From Erysipelotrichaceae bacterium (GTDB taxonomy: Bacteria > Bacillota_I > Bacilli_A > Erysipelotrichales > Erysipelotrichaceae), in contig OY760660.1 of NCBI GenBank assembly GCA_963663995.1, forward strand, positions 360,001-392,000: a stretch of 32,000 nt of DNA, written 5' to 3'. Under the pieces are notes generated by a model. It saw nothing but the letters and a program-made list of their open reading frames with translations. It ran no database searches and was not told the origin of the DNA. Below are positions 18,716 to 26,805 of this stretch, piece by piece (within the stretch, counting starts at the first letter, position 1; every line of letters starts with the position of its first letter). A program made the position numbers and the translations under genes.

Positions 18716-18839
18716 GACATCACTTGTCATAAATATTGTTCGCTGACACAGCGTTATGAGTGTTTGAGTGCAAACTCACATTGAGTTTGAACTAAGGTGG
18801 TACCACGCAAAAGCGTCCTTAGATTAAGGATGCTTTTTT
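18640..18839 (+). promoter_or_regulatory. T-box riboswitch leader (isoleucine, ileS)
   Basis: - T-box AAGGUGGUACCACG at 18794-18807.
- Antiterminator: 18793-18797 pairs with 18817-18821 and 18805-18807 with 18814-18816, leaving a UGGUACC bulge.
- Canonical terminator: 18812-18820 pairs with 18826-18834, followed by U6.
- F-box-like GCGUUA at 18751-18756.
- AG bulge AGAGA at 18670-18674, then a 6-bp distal stem (18675-18680 with 18693-18698) and the 12-nt loop AUAAUGCUGAAA.
- Proposed specifier AUC at 18719-18721, followed by A and then the lower stem (18723-18727 with 18640-18644). Confidence 0.85.
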
Positions 18840-18858
18840 ATTTTAAAGGAGATACGAG

Positions 18859-21549
18859 ATGGATTATAAAGATACCTTATTAATGCCAAAAACTGAATTT
18901 GAAATGAGAGGGAACTTAACAGCTAAGGAACCAAAATTTCAAGAACGTTGGAAAGACATGGACCTCTATGTGGCCATGCAAGAGAAAAACAAAGACAAAA
19001 CCCCTTATGTTTTACATGACGGGCCTCCATATGCGAATGGAAACATTCATATTGGTCATGCTTTAAATAGAACCCTAAAAGATTTAGTTTGGCGTTCACA
19101 TTTTCATATGGGTTATTCTTCTCGTTTTGTACCAGGTTGGGATACGCATGGTTTACCAATTGAAACAGCAATCACAAAACTTGGACATAATCGTAAAGAA
19201 ATGTCAGTTGCTGCTTTTAGAGAACTTTGTGATGCATATGCACGCGAACAAATCCAAAAACAAATGGCAGATATGAAAGCTTTAGGAACGATGGCAGATT
19301 ATGATCATTTCTATGCGACTTTACAACCTGCTTTTGAGGGTAAACAAATTGAAATCTTCGGTAAGATGGCGATGGATGGCTTAATCTATAAAGGTTTAAA
19401 ACCAGTTTATTGGTCTCCTTCATCTGAATCTGCATTGGCAGAAGCTGAAATTGAATATCATGATCGAACTGATTGGGCAATTTTTGTAGCTTTTGATGTA
19501 ACCGAAGCTAAAGGACCAATTGAAAAGGGTGATCGTTTTGTCATTTGGACAACAACACCTTGGACCATTCCTGCTAACTTAGCGATTTGTTTACATCCAG
19601 ATCTAGATTATGATCGTGTACAAACAAGTGCCGGGAACTTGATTGTTACGAACTCGTTAACTGCGAAGTTAATGGAAAAATTCGGTTTAGAAAATACAAA
19701 AGTTTTAAATTCATTTAAGGGAAGTGAAGTAGAATTTTCTGCTTGTAAACATCCATTCTATGATAAAGAATCAATCGTTATCTTAGGTGATCACGTTTCT
19801 GATGAAGATGGTTCAGGTTGTGTTCATACAGCTCCAGGTCATGGGGATGTCGACTTTATTGTTGGTATGCAATATGGATTAGAGGCATATTGTCCTGTCG
19901 ATGAACAAGGTAAAATGATGGAAGGTGCTGGTTCTGACTTAGAAGGTCTCTATGTTGAAAAAGCAAATGATGTCGTTATTGCGAAACTTGAAGCTTTAAA
20001 TGCTTTGATGTTTAAAGAAACGATTACTCACTCATACCCACATGATTGGCGTACTAAAAAACCTGTTATCTTTAGAGCAACCAATCAATGGTTTGCTTCG
20101 ATTGAGAAAATTAGAGAAAAACTATTACATGAAATTGATGTTGTAAGTTGGTTACCTGAGTGGGGCAAACTTAGAATGCATAATATGATCAAAGATCGTG
20201 GTGACTGGTGTATATCAAGACAAAGAGCTTGGGGTGTTCCTATTCCAATTTTCTATGATGAAAATCATGAACCAATTATGGATCAAGCTGTCTTTAATCA
20301 TGTTGCAGCACTCTTTAGAGAACATGGTTCAAATATTTGGTTTGAAAAAGAAGCAATTGATTTATTACCTGAAGGTTATACACATCCGAATTGTCCAAAT
20401 GGTGTATTTAAGAAAGAAACTGACATCATGGATGTTTGGTTTGATTCAGGGTCATCACACACATCTGTCATTGTTGAGCGAGGTGGTGAATTGCCAGTTG
20501 ATATTTATATCGAAGGGTCTGACCAATATCGTGGTTGGTTTAACAGTTCATTGATTGTTTCAACGGCTTTCCATGGTCATGCACCTTATAAAAAAGTTGT
20601 CTCACATGGATTTGTCCTTGATGGTAAAGGCGAAAAGATGTCTAAATCATTAGGTAATACAGTTGATCCAAACAAAGTTGTACACCAATATGGCGCTGAT
20701 ATCTTACGTTTATGGGCTAGCAGCATTGATTATCAACAAGATGTTCGTATTTCCGATGAAATCTTAAAACAAGTCATTGATATGTATAAGAAAATTCGTA
20801 ATACGTTCAGATTTATGTTAGGTAATGTTTCAGATTTAACACAGGCTGATTTAATTGCATTTGAAAATCTAAATGCGCAAGATCAATATATGATGAATGA
20901 AATTAATGAGGTTCTTAAAACGTGTGTTAAAGCTTATCAAAACTTTGACTATAAGACTGTGACTTCAACAATCTCAAATTTCATGAATACAATGTTATCT
21001 GCTTATTATTTAGATTATACAAAGGATATTCTCTATATTGAAAAGCAAGATGGTCCACAAAGACGTGGTGTACAAACAGTTGTTTATACAGCGATTGATA
21101 CACTTTCTAAAATTTTAGCTCCAATCTTAGTTCATACAACTGAAGAAGTATGGGATTATTTAAATCCTAATGCAACGTCCATTCATTTAGAAGCTTTCCC
21201 ACAAGTTAAGGAATATGCAGTGAATGAAGAAGAATGGGATGCATTATTTGAATTGCGTACTAAAGTCTTTAAAGCATTAGAAGAAGCACGTGCTGAGAAA
21301 GTCATTGGTAAATCTTTAGAAGCGAAACTTTTATTAGCTTTACCTAAAAAACTCAAAGAAAATATTGAATCAAAGATAAGTAAAGTTGCTCAATGGTTAA
21401 CGGTTTCTCAATGTGATTTAAGTGAAGGTGAATTCAGCGTTAAAGTTGAAAAAGCTAGCGGAACAACATGTCCGCGTTGCTGGAATGTTGTTGAACATAC
21501 ACATACTGAAGATGGATTATGCGATCGTTGCGCAGAGGTATTAAAATAA
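18859..21549 (+). CDS. ileS: Isoleucine--tRNA ligase
   Basis: 896 aa. HIGH motif PPYANGNIHIGHA, KMSKS motif, and C-terminal zinc-binding CPRCWN...CDRC. SD AAAGGAG at 18845-18851. Confidence 0.96.
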   Translation: MDYKDTLLMPKTEFEMRGNLTAKEPKFQERWKDMDLYVAMQEKNKDKTPYVLHDGPPYANGNIHIGHALNRTLKDLVWRSHFHMGYSSRFVPGWDTHGLPIETAITKLGHNRKEMSVAAFRELCDAYAREQIQKQMADMKALGTMADYDHFYATLQPAFEGKQIEIFGKMAMDGLIYKGLKPVYWSPSSESALAEAEIEYHDRTDWAIFVAFDVTEAKGPIEKGDRFVIWTTTPWTIPANLAICLHPDLDYDRVQTSAGNLIVTNSLTAKLMEKFGLENTKVLNSFKGSEVEFSACKHPFYDKESIVILGDHVSDEDGSGCVHTAPGHGDVDFIVGMQYGLEAYCPVDEQGKMMEGAGSDLEGLYVEKANDVVIAKLEALNALMFKETITHSYPHDWRTKKPVIFRATNQWFASIEKIREKLLHEIDVVSWLPEWGKLRMHNMIKDRGDWCISRQRAWGVPIPIFYDENHEPIMDQAVFNHVAALFREHGSNIWFEKEAIDLLPEGYTHPNCPNGVFKKETDIMDVWFDSGSSHTSVIVERGGELPVDIYIEGSDQYRGWFNSSLIVSTAFHGHAPYKKVVSHGFVLDGKGEKMSKSLGNTVDPNKVVHQYGADILRLWASSIDYQQDVRISDEILKQVIDMYKKIRNTFRFMLGNVSDLTQADLIAFENLNAQDQYMMNEINEVLKTCVKAYQNFDYKTVTSTISNFMNTMLSAYYLDYTKDILYIEKQDGPQRRGVQTVVYTAIDTLSKILAPILVHTTEEVWDYLNPNATSIHLEAFPQVKEYAVNEEEWDALFELRTKVFKALEEARAEKVIGKSLEAKLLLALPKKLKENIESKISKVAQWLTVSQCDLSEGEFSVKVEKASGTTCPRCWNVVEHTHTEDGLCDRCAEVLK

Positions 21550-21569
21550 GGCACACTAGTGCCTTTTTT
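21548..21569 (+). terminator. Rho-independent terminator after ileS
   Basis: Stem AAGGCAC (21548-21554) pairs with GUGCCUU (21559-21565) around the loop ACUA. The U tract runs to 21569. Confidence 0.8.
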
Positions 21570-21577
21570 GTTATACT
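21569..21577 (+). promoter_or_regulatory. Extended -10 element (TGtTATACT) 6 nt upstream of the methyltransferase ATG
   Basis: TGTTATACT at 21569-21577. The ATG is at 21584 with no SD between them, so the geometry suggests a leaderless transcript. Confidence 0.4.
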
Positions 21578-21583
21578 TAAGCC

Positions 21584-22315
21584 ATGTTAATTACTTCATC
21601 TGCTAATCAAAAATTTAAAGATTTACTCAAACTTCACGAAACAAAATATCGTAAAAAATCAAAGTTATTTTTAGTTGAAGGTGAACATTTAGTTCAAGAA
21701 GCACTTAAACATCATCGCTGCGAAACCATCATCACTAAAGAAAATTTTGAATATGAATTTAATTTTGATTCAACGATTACATTAAGTGAGAAACTTTTTA
21801 ATCAATTAAGTCAAACTGTATCTAATAATACGGTCATGGCAGTATGTAAAATAATTGATGAAGAAATTGAAAAGAGTGAACGTATTTTGTATTTAGAAAG
21901 AATACAAGATCCTGGGAATATGGGCACATTAATTCGTAGTGCTTGTGCTTTTGGTTTTGATCAAATTGTGTGTTCAGCTGATTGTGTCGATATCTACAAT
22001 GAGAAAGTTATTCGATCAACGCAGGGTGCATTATTTCAAATTCCTATTCAAAGTAAGTCACTGGTTGAAACGATACGAAACTTAAAAGAGAGAGATTTTC
22101 ATATCATCGGTACAGGTTTTGAAAATAGTGTTGCCTTGGCATCTTTAGATATTAAAGGTCCAATCATGATTATGCTTGGAAATGAGGGTCAAGGTTTAAG
22201 TGAAAAAGCATTGAATTTATCTGATACGATTGTTTCAATTGAAATGCATGATTTTGATAGTTTAAATGTTTCAGTTGCGGGTGGAATCTTGATGTATCAC
22301 TTTAGAAAAGGTTGA
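21584..22315 (+). CDS. TrmH/SpoU-family RNA 2'-O-methyltransferase (YsgA/RlmB-like)
   Basis: 243 aa. N-terminal SSANQKFKDLLKLHETKYRKKSKLFLVEGEHLVQEAL. SpoU motifs IQDPGNMGTLIRSACAFG, LGNEGQGLS, SLNVSVAGGILMY. It sits directly upstream of pheST, as ysgA does in Bacillus. Confidence 0.85.
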   Translation: MLITSSANQKFKDLLKLHETKYRKKSKLFLVEGEHLVQEALKHHRCETIITKENFEYEFNFDSTITLSEKLFNQLSQTVSNNTVMAVCKIIDEEIEKSERILYLERIQDPGNMGTLIRSACAFGFDQIVCSADCVDIYNEKVIRSTQGALFQIPIQSKSLVETIRNLKERDFHIIGTGFENSVALASLDIKGPIMIMLGNEGQGLSEKALNLSDTIVSIEMHDFDSLNVSVAGGILMYHFRKG

Positions 22316-22340
22316 ATTAAACGTTTTTCTAAGGTATTAT
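22312..22340 (+). promoter_or_regulatory. Candidate promoter for the pheST T-box leader (TTGAAT, 17 nt, TATTAT)
   Basis: -35 TTGAAT at 22312-22317, overlapping the methyltransferase stop codon. -10 TATTAT at 22335-22340. Confidence 0.45.
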
Positions 22341-22346
22341 AAGCAA

Positions 22347-22563
22347 TGTAAAATCGTACAGGGAATAAGTAATGAATCACCCCTTAATTTAGAGATAACA
22401 ACCTTAGGCTGAAAGTTGTTGAAAAACTGATTCATGAATTCGCCCCTGAGATGAGCTAATCCCTCACGGCCTTCACCGTTATATGAAATAAAAGCTGTGT
22501 TGTTTAGACAACAAAGCAGGATGGTACCGCGATTATTTCGTTCCTGTAGTAGGAACTTTTTTT
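22347..22563 (+). promoter_or_regulatory. T-box riboswitch leader (phenylalanine, pheST)
   Basis: - Stem I: lower stem 22359-22363 with 22444-22448, upper stem 22372-22379 with 22428-22435.
- Specifier loop: 5' side AAUAAGUA, 3' side GAA-UUC-G, with UUC at 22439-22441.
- AG bulge AGAGA at 22391-22395, then a 7-bp distal stem and the 12-nt loop CUUAGGCUGAAA.
- F-box CCGUUA within CACCGUUAUAUG.
- T-box GCAGGAUGGUACCGCG at 22516-22531.
- Terminator: 22540-22545 pairs with 22551-22556, followed by U7. Confidence 0.9.
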
Positions 22564-22580
22564 ATGTTTAGGAGAAAAAC

Positions 22581-23624
22581 ATGGAACAAAAAACAGATTT
22601 AAAATCTTTAATTCAAGAGGTGAAAACGGCCCTTGAATTACAAAAAGACTTAGGTGGTCTTCAGCAAATCAGAAACACTTATCTTTCCAAAAAAGGGATT
22701 ATTTCTTCATTAATGGGAGAAATGAGAAACTTACCTAATGAAGAGAAGCCTGCTTTTGGTGCGCAAGTTAATAAACTCAAACAAGAAGTTGAGACATTAA
22801 TTGCTGAAACAGAACTTAAACTACAAGAGAAAGCACTGGAATTAAAACTACAATCAGAAGTGATTGATTTAACGCTTCCTGCGACTAATTTTAAAGTTGG
22901 GACACAACATCCGTTGACATTAGTTCAACGGAATATTGAAGAATTCTTTATCTCGATGGGTTATAAAGTTGAGGAAGGACCTGAAGTTGAAAAAGATTAC
23001 TATAACTTTGAGCGTGCAAATATTCCTCAAGATCATCCAGCGCGTGATATGCAAGATACCTTTTATATCAACATGGATTATCTATTAAGAACACATACAA
23101 CTGCGATCCAAACAAGAACTTTAGAAGCTTATGGAGGAGAAATTCCTGTAAAAGTTATTTGTCCAGGCAAGGTTTATCGTAAAGATGATGATGATGCGAC
23201 GCACTCTCATCAGTTCGTTCAAATGGAAGGTTTAGTTGTTGGTAACAAGATATCCATGGCAGATTTAAAAGGTACCTTATCTGCTTTAGCTAAACATCTT
23301 TTTGGAGAAAGTCGAGTCATTCGTTTTAGACCATCCTATTTCCAATTCACTGAACCAAGTGTAGAAGTAGATGTTAGTTGCCATATTTGTGATGGTAAAG
23401 GCTGTCCTACTTGTAAGGGAACTGGTTGGATTGAAATATTAGGAGCTGGAACAGTTCACCCTAATGTTTTGAAAATGGCAGGATTTGATCCTGAGAAAGT
23501 CAGTGGTTTTGCCTTTGGGATTGGTGTAGAACGTGTCGCAATGCTTAAATATGGGGTTGATGATATTCGTCAATTCTACAGAAATGATTTAAGATTTTTG
23601 AGTGATTTCACTCGATTTGAGTAG
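22581..23624 (+). CDS. pheS: Phenylalanine--tRNA ligase alpha subunit
   Basis: 347 aa. Class II motifs HPARDMQDTFY, LRTHTTAIQ, FRPSYFQFTEPS, GFAFGIGVERVAML. SD AGGAG at 22570-22574. Confidence 0.96.
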   Translation: MEQKTDLKSLIQEVKTALELQKDLGGLQQIRNTYLSKKGIISSLMGEMRNLPNEEKPAFGAQVNKLKQEVETLIAETELKLQEKALELKLQSEVIDLTLPATNFKVGTQHPLTLVQRNIEEFFISMGYKVEEGPEVEKDYYNFERANIPQDHPARDMQDTFYINMDYLLRTHTTAIQTRTLEAYGGEIPVKVICPGKVYRKDDDDATHSHQFVQMEGLVVGNKISMADLKGTLSALAKHLFGESRVIRFRPSYFQFTEPSVEVDVSCHICDGKGCPTCKGTGWIEILGAGTVHPNVLKMAGFDPEKVSGFAFGIGVERVAMLKYGVDDIRQFYRNDLRFLSDFTRFE

Positions 23625-23633
23625 GAGAGAAAT

Positions 23634-26018
23634 ATGAAAGTAAGTTATAAATGGTTATCTACCTACGTAGATTTAAAAGATATTTCTGCTCAAGTTTTAG
23701 CAGATACACTCACTAATGCGGGTATCGAAGTTGAAGGTATCGAAGCATTAGCGTCAGGAACGGATTTAGTGATTGGTGAAGTACTGACATGTGTTGATCA
23801 TCCTGAGAGTGATCATTTACATTTAACGACAGTAAATATTGGACAAGAAGTTGTTCAAATTATTTGTGGAGCCCCTAATGTAGCAGCTGGACAAAAAGTC
23901 ATTGTTGCCCAAGTAGGATCTGTTCTTCCAGAAATTACAATTAAAAAAGCTTCGATTAAAGGCCAAGAATCAGTCGGCATGATTTGTTCACTCACAGAAA
24001 TTGGTGTTGATAAAAAACATTTAAGAGAAGATCAAATTAATGGGATTGAAGTTTTGAGCAGTGATGCACCAGTTGGTGTTGAAGCTTTAAGTTATTTAGG
24101 TTTAGATGATTTAATACTAGATCTTAGTCCAACACCTAATCGAAACGATATACAAGCGATCTGGTCTTTAGCACTTGAAGTCGGGGCATTACTTAATCGA
24201 AAAGTTAAATTACCTTGGCAAAAAGGTTTGCATAATACAGGGACTAAATCTGTTTTACATGTTGATTCAAAAACAGAGAAATGTCCGATTATCTTAGGAA
24301 AGCGTTTTGGCTCTTTAAAAGTTAAAGAATCTCCTGCTTGGATGGCAGCTGCATTACATGCTGTAGGGATGAAATCAATTAATAATGTCGTTGATATTTC
24401 AAACTATGTTATGTTGGAAACTGGTCAACCATTACACTTCTACGATGCAGCTAAATTAGCTAAGCAAGAAATTGTGGTTGAAGACCATGTAAAAGAGAAT
24501 TTCGAAACTTTAGATGGAACAGTTATTACTCCACTTGAAAATGATTTAATTATTACCTGTAATAATACGCCAATTGGTTTAGCGGGTATTATGGGGGGAG
24601 AAGATTCAAAAATTGATGAATCAACGACCTCGATTATTATTGAGGCAGCACAATTTAATCCGGCTTCGATTCGTCATTCATCTCGACGTGTAAACTTGAT
24701 GACTGAAGCATCATTGCGTTTCCAAAAAGGCTTAGATCCACAAGCAGCTTTAAAAGCCATGGATCGATGTGTTGCTTTACTTGAAGAATTAGCCGAAGCC
24801 AAAGATATAGAAGCTACGCAAATTGTCGGTGATTTAACAGAAAAAGAAAAAATTGTTTCAGTCACTCATCAACATTTAGAAGATTTATTAGGTCAAAGTG
24901 TTGATTCAAAAGTTGCTTTAGATATCTTTGAACGTTTAAGCTTTAAACCAACATTTATAAATGATACCTATGCTTGTACAATTCCAAGTTATCGATTAGA
25001 TATCTTTGTGGCGGAAGACTTAATTGAAGAAGTTGGTCGTATCTTAGGTTATGAACAATTGCCAAATACTTTACCTGTATTACCCGCAACTGCTGGTGGT
25101 TATTCTACAAAACAAATTTTACGTAATCAAATCCATGAACGATTAATTGGTTTTGGCTTAAATGAAGTCATGACATATACCTTAGTTCATGAAGATAAGA
25201 CTAAAATAGGTGTTGATCCACTAAAAGATCCTTCAATTCTTATTTCTCCAATTTCTGAAGAAAGACGAGTTGTTCGTAATAACGTATTACCATCTGTTTT
25301 AGAAGTAGTAAGTTACAATCAAAATCATAAAATGAAAGACTTTGGTGTGTATGAGTTAACAAACTTAAATACACTGCATGAATCTCAAGAACGTTTAGCC
25401 ATCGTTTTATCAGGTCAATCTGTTCAATCACTATGGAATAAAAAACAAAGTGCAAATGATTTCTATACTTTAAAAGGAATGGTTGAATCACTCTTAACTG
25501 AAATGGGATTTGGAGCAGTTCGACAATCATTTGAAGCGGTTGAAGATCATGAAATGTTTCATCCAAAACGCTGTGTAAAAGTAATGGTTGATCGTAAAAT
25601 GATTGGACTTTTAGGAGAGATTCATCCTAGTTTCGCTAAATCGGCTGATGTTTCATCTGTCGTCATGGCTGAATTAAAGCTTGAAGTACTTTATCATTTA
25701 AAACAATCTAAAATTCGTTTTAGTCCAATTGTAAAGTATCCATCAGTAACGCGTGATTTAGCTTTTGTGGTTGAGAAAAATATCTTGGCAGCGGATATTG
25801 AGAAAGTCATCAAATCAGTTGGAAGTAAACTCATTCAAAAGATTGAAATATTTGATATCTATGAAGGTGTAAATATTGGCGAAGGTTTAAAATCTGTCGC
25901 TCTCAAGATTGTTTATCAAGCTAAAGATCATACCTTAACAGAGGAAGAAATTACTGATCTATATACAAAAACCATTGAAGCTTGCCAAGCTAAATTAAAA
26001 GCACATCTAAGATCGTAA
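23634..26018 (+). CDS. pheT: Phenylalanine--tRNA ligase beta subunit
   Basis: 794 aa. N-terminal MKVSYKWLSTYVDL plus tRNA-binding domain, followed by B3/4, B5 and the C-terminal FDX-ACB-like region. SD GGAGAG is 9 nt after the pheS stop. Confidence 0.96.
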   Translation: MKVSYKWLSTYVDLKDISAQVLADTLTNAGIEVEGIEALASGTDLVIGEVLTCVDHPESDHLHLTTVNIGQEVVQIICGAPNVAAGQKVIVAQVGSVLPEITIKKASIKGQESVGMICSLTEIGVDKKHLREDQINGIEVLSSDAPVGVEALSYLGLDDLILDLSPTPNRNDIQAIWSLALEVGALLNRKVKLPWQKGLHNTGTKSVLHVDSKTEKCPIILGKRFGSLKVKESPAWMAAALHAVGMKSINNVVDISNYVMLETGQPLHFYDAAKLAKQEIVVEDHVKENFETLDGTVITPLENDLIITCNNTPIGLAGIMGGEDSKIDESTTSIIIEAAQFNPASIRHSSRRVNLMTEASLRFQKGLDPQAALKAMDRCVALLEELAEAKDIEATQIVGDLTEKEKIVSVTHQHLEDLLGQSVDSKVALDIFERLSFKPTFINDTYACTIPSYRLDIFVAEDLIEEVGRILGYEQLPNTLPVLPATAGGYSTKQILRNQIHERLIGFGLNEVMTYTLVHEDKTKIGVDPLKDPSILISPISEERRVVRNNVLPSVLEVVSYNQNHKMKDFGVYELTNLNTLHESQERLAIVLSGQSVQSLWNKKQSANDFYTLKGMVESLLTEMGFGAVRQSFEAVEDHEMFHPKRCVKVMVDRKMIGLLGEIHPSFAKSADVSSVVMAELKLEVLYHLKQSKIRFSPIVKYPSVTRDLAFVVEKNILAADIEKVIKSVGSKLIQKIEIFDIYEGVNIGEGLKSVALKIVYQAKDHTLTEEEITDLYTKTIEACQAKLKAHLRS

Positions 26019-26022
26019 GCTT

Positions 26023-26031
26023 TGGTATACT
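26023..26031 (+). promoter_or_regulatory. Candidate extended -10 promoter for yebC (TGgTATACT)
   Basis: TGGTATACT at 26023-26031, just after the pheT stop. SD AGAGAGG at 26049-26055. ATG at 26062. Confidence 0.4.
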
Positions 26032-26061
26032 AGAAACGAAAAGAATAAGAGAGGATTATTA

Positions 26062-26790
26062 ATGGGACGCGCATTTGAAGTACGTAAAGCAGCAATGGCT
26101 AAAACCAATGCCGCAAAAACAAAAGTTTATTCAAGATTTGGGAAAGAAATTTATATTGCAGCTAAATCAGGTGTACCTGATTCTGAGATGAACGTTAGTT
26201 TAAGACGTATCATTGAAAAAGCTAAAGCGAATCAAGTACCGGCAGATGTTATTAAGAGAGCGATTGAAAAAGCAAAAGGGGGTTCTGATGAATCCTATAC
26301 ATCAGTTCGTTACGAAGGATTTGGTCCAGGTAACTGTACTGTTATGGTTGAGTGTTTAACAGATAATGTTAATCGTACCGTCAGTGATGTACGTAATTGC
26401 TTTACTAAATCAAAATCTAAAATGGGTGTATCTGGTTCAGTGGCTCATCTTTATGATCACATCGGTTTACTACAATGCAAACTTGATGACGAAGAAGCTG
26501 TCATGGATTGTTTGATTATGGCTGATGTGGAACTATTAGAGTTAGAAGCAAATGAAGGTGATATGCAAATCACCGTTTCACCGACTGATTTATATAAAGC
26601 TAAAGAAGCACTTGAAGCTCAATATGAGGGTTTAGAGTTTGATATGGTTGAAAGTACTTATGTACCACAAGATATGGTTAAAGTCAGTGGTGATGATGTC
26701 GATTTATTCAACCGTTTAATGAGTATGTTAGATGAATTAGATGATGTTCAAGATGTCTATCATAATGCAGAAATAGAAGAAGCGGCCTAA
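26062..26790 (+). CDS. yebC: YebC/PmpR family DNA-binding regulatory/translation-associated protein
   Basis: 242 aa. MGRAFEVRKAAMAKTNAAKTKVYSRFGKEIYIAAK and YEGFGPGNCTVMVECLTDNVNRT are family hallmarks. Confidence 0.9.
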   Translation: MGRAFEVRKAAMAKTNAAKTKVYSRFGKEIYIAAKSGVPDSEMNVSLRRIIEKAKANQVPADVIKRAIEKAKGGSDESYTSVRYEGFGPGNCTVMVECLTDNVNRTVSDVRNCFTKSKSKMGVSGSVAHLYDHIGLLQCKLDDEEAVMDCLIMADVELLELEANEGDMQITVSPTDLYKAKEALEAQYEGLEFDMVESTYVPQDMVKVSGDDVDLFNRLMSMLDELDDVQDVYHNAEIEEAA

Positions 26791-26805
26791 GCTGCTTCTT
26801 TTTTT
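26779..26805. terminator. Terminator hairpin shared by convergent, overlapping yebC and tmcAL
   Basis: Stem GAAGCGGC (26779-26786) pairs with GCUGCUUC (26791-26798, one G-U pair) around the loop CUAA, then U7 (26799-26805) on the plus strand. The yebC stop (26788-26790) lies in the loop and the tmcAL stop (26787-26789, minus strand) lies at its edge. Confidence 0.7.

Noticed and set aside
20198-20554. Plus-strand alternative-frame ORFs: 118 aa inside ileS, and the 62-aa ORF at 28168-28356 inside the hydrolase gene.
   Set aside because: They are out of frame within conserved genes, have odd composition (rich in L, I, K, Q and V from shifted codons) and no SD. I see no evidence for overlapping genes or programmed frameshifting.
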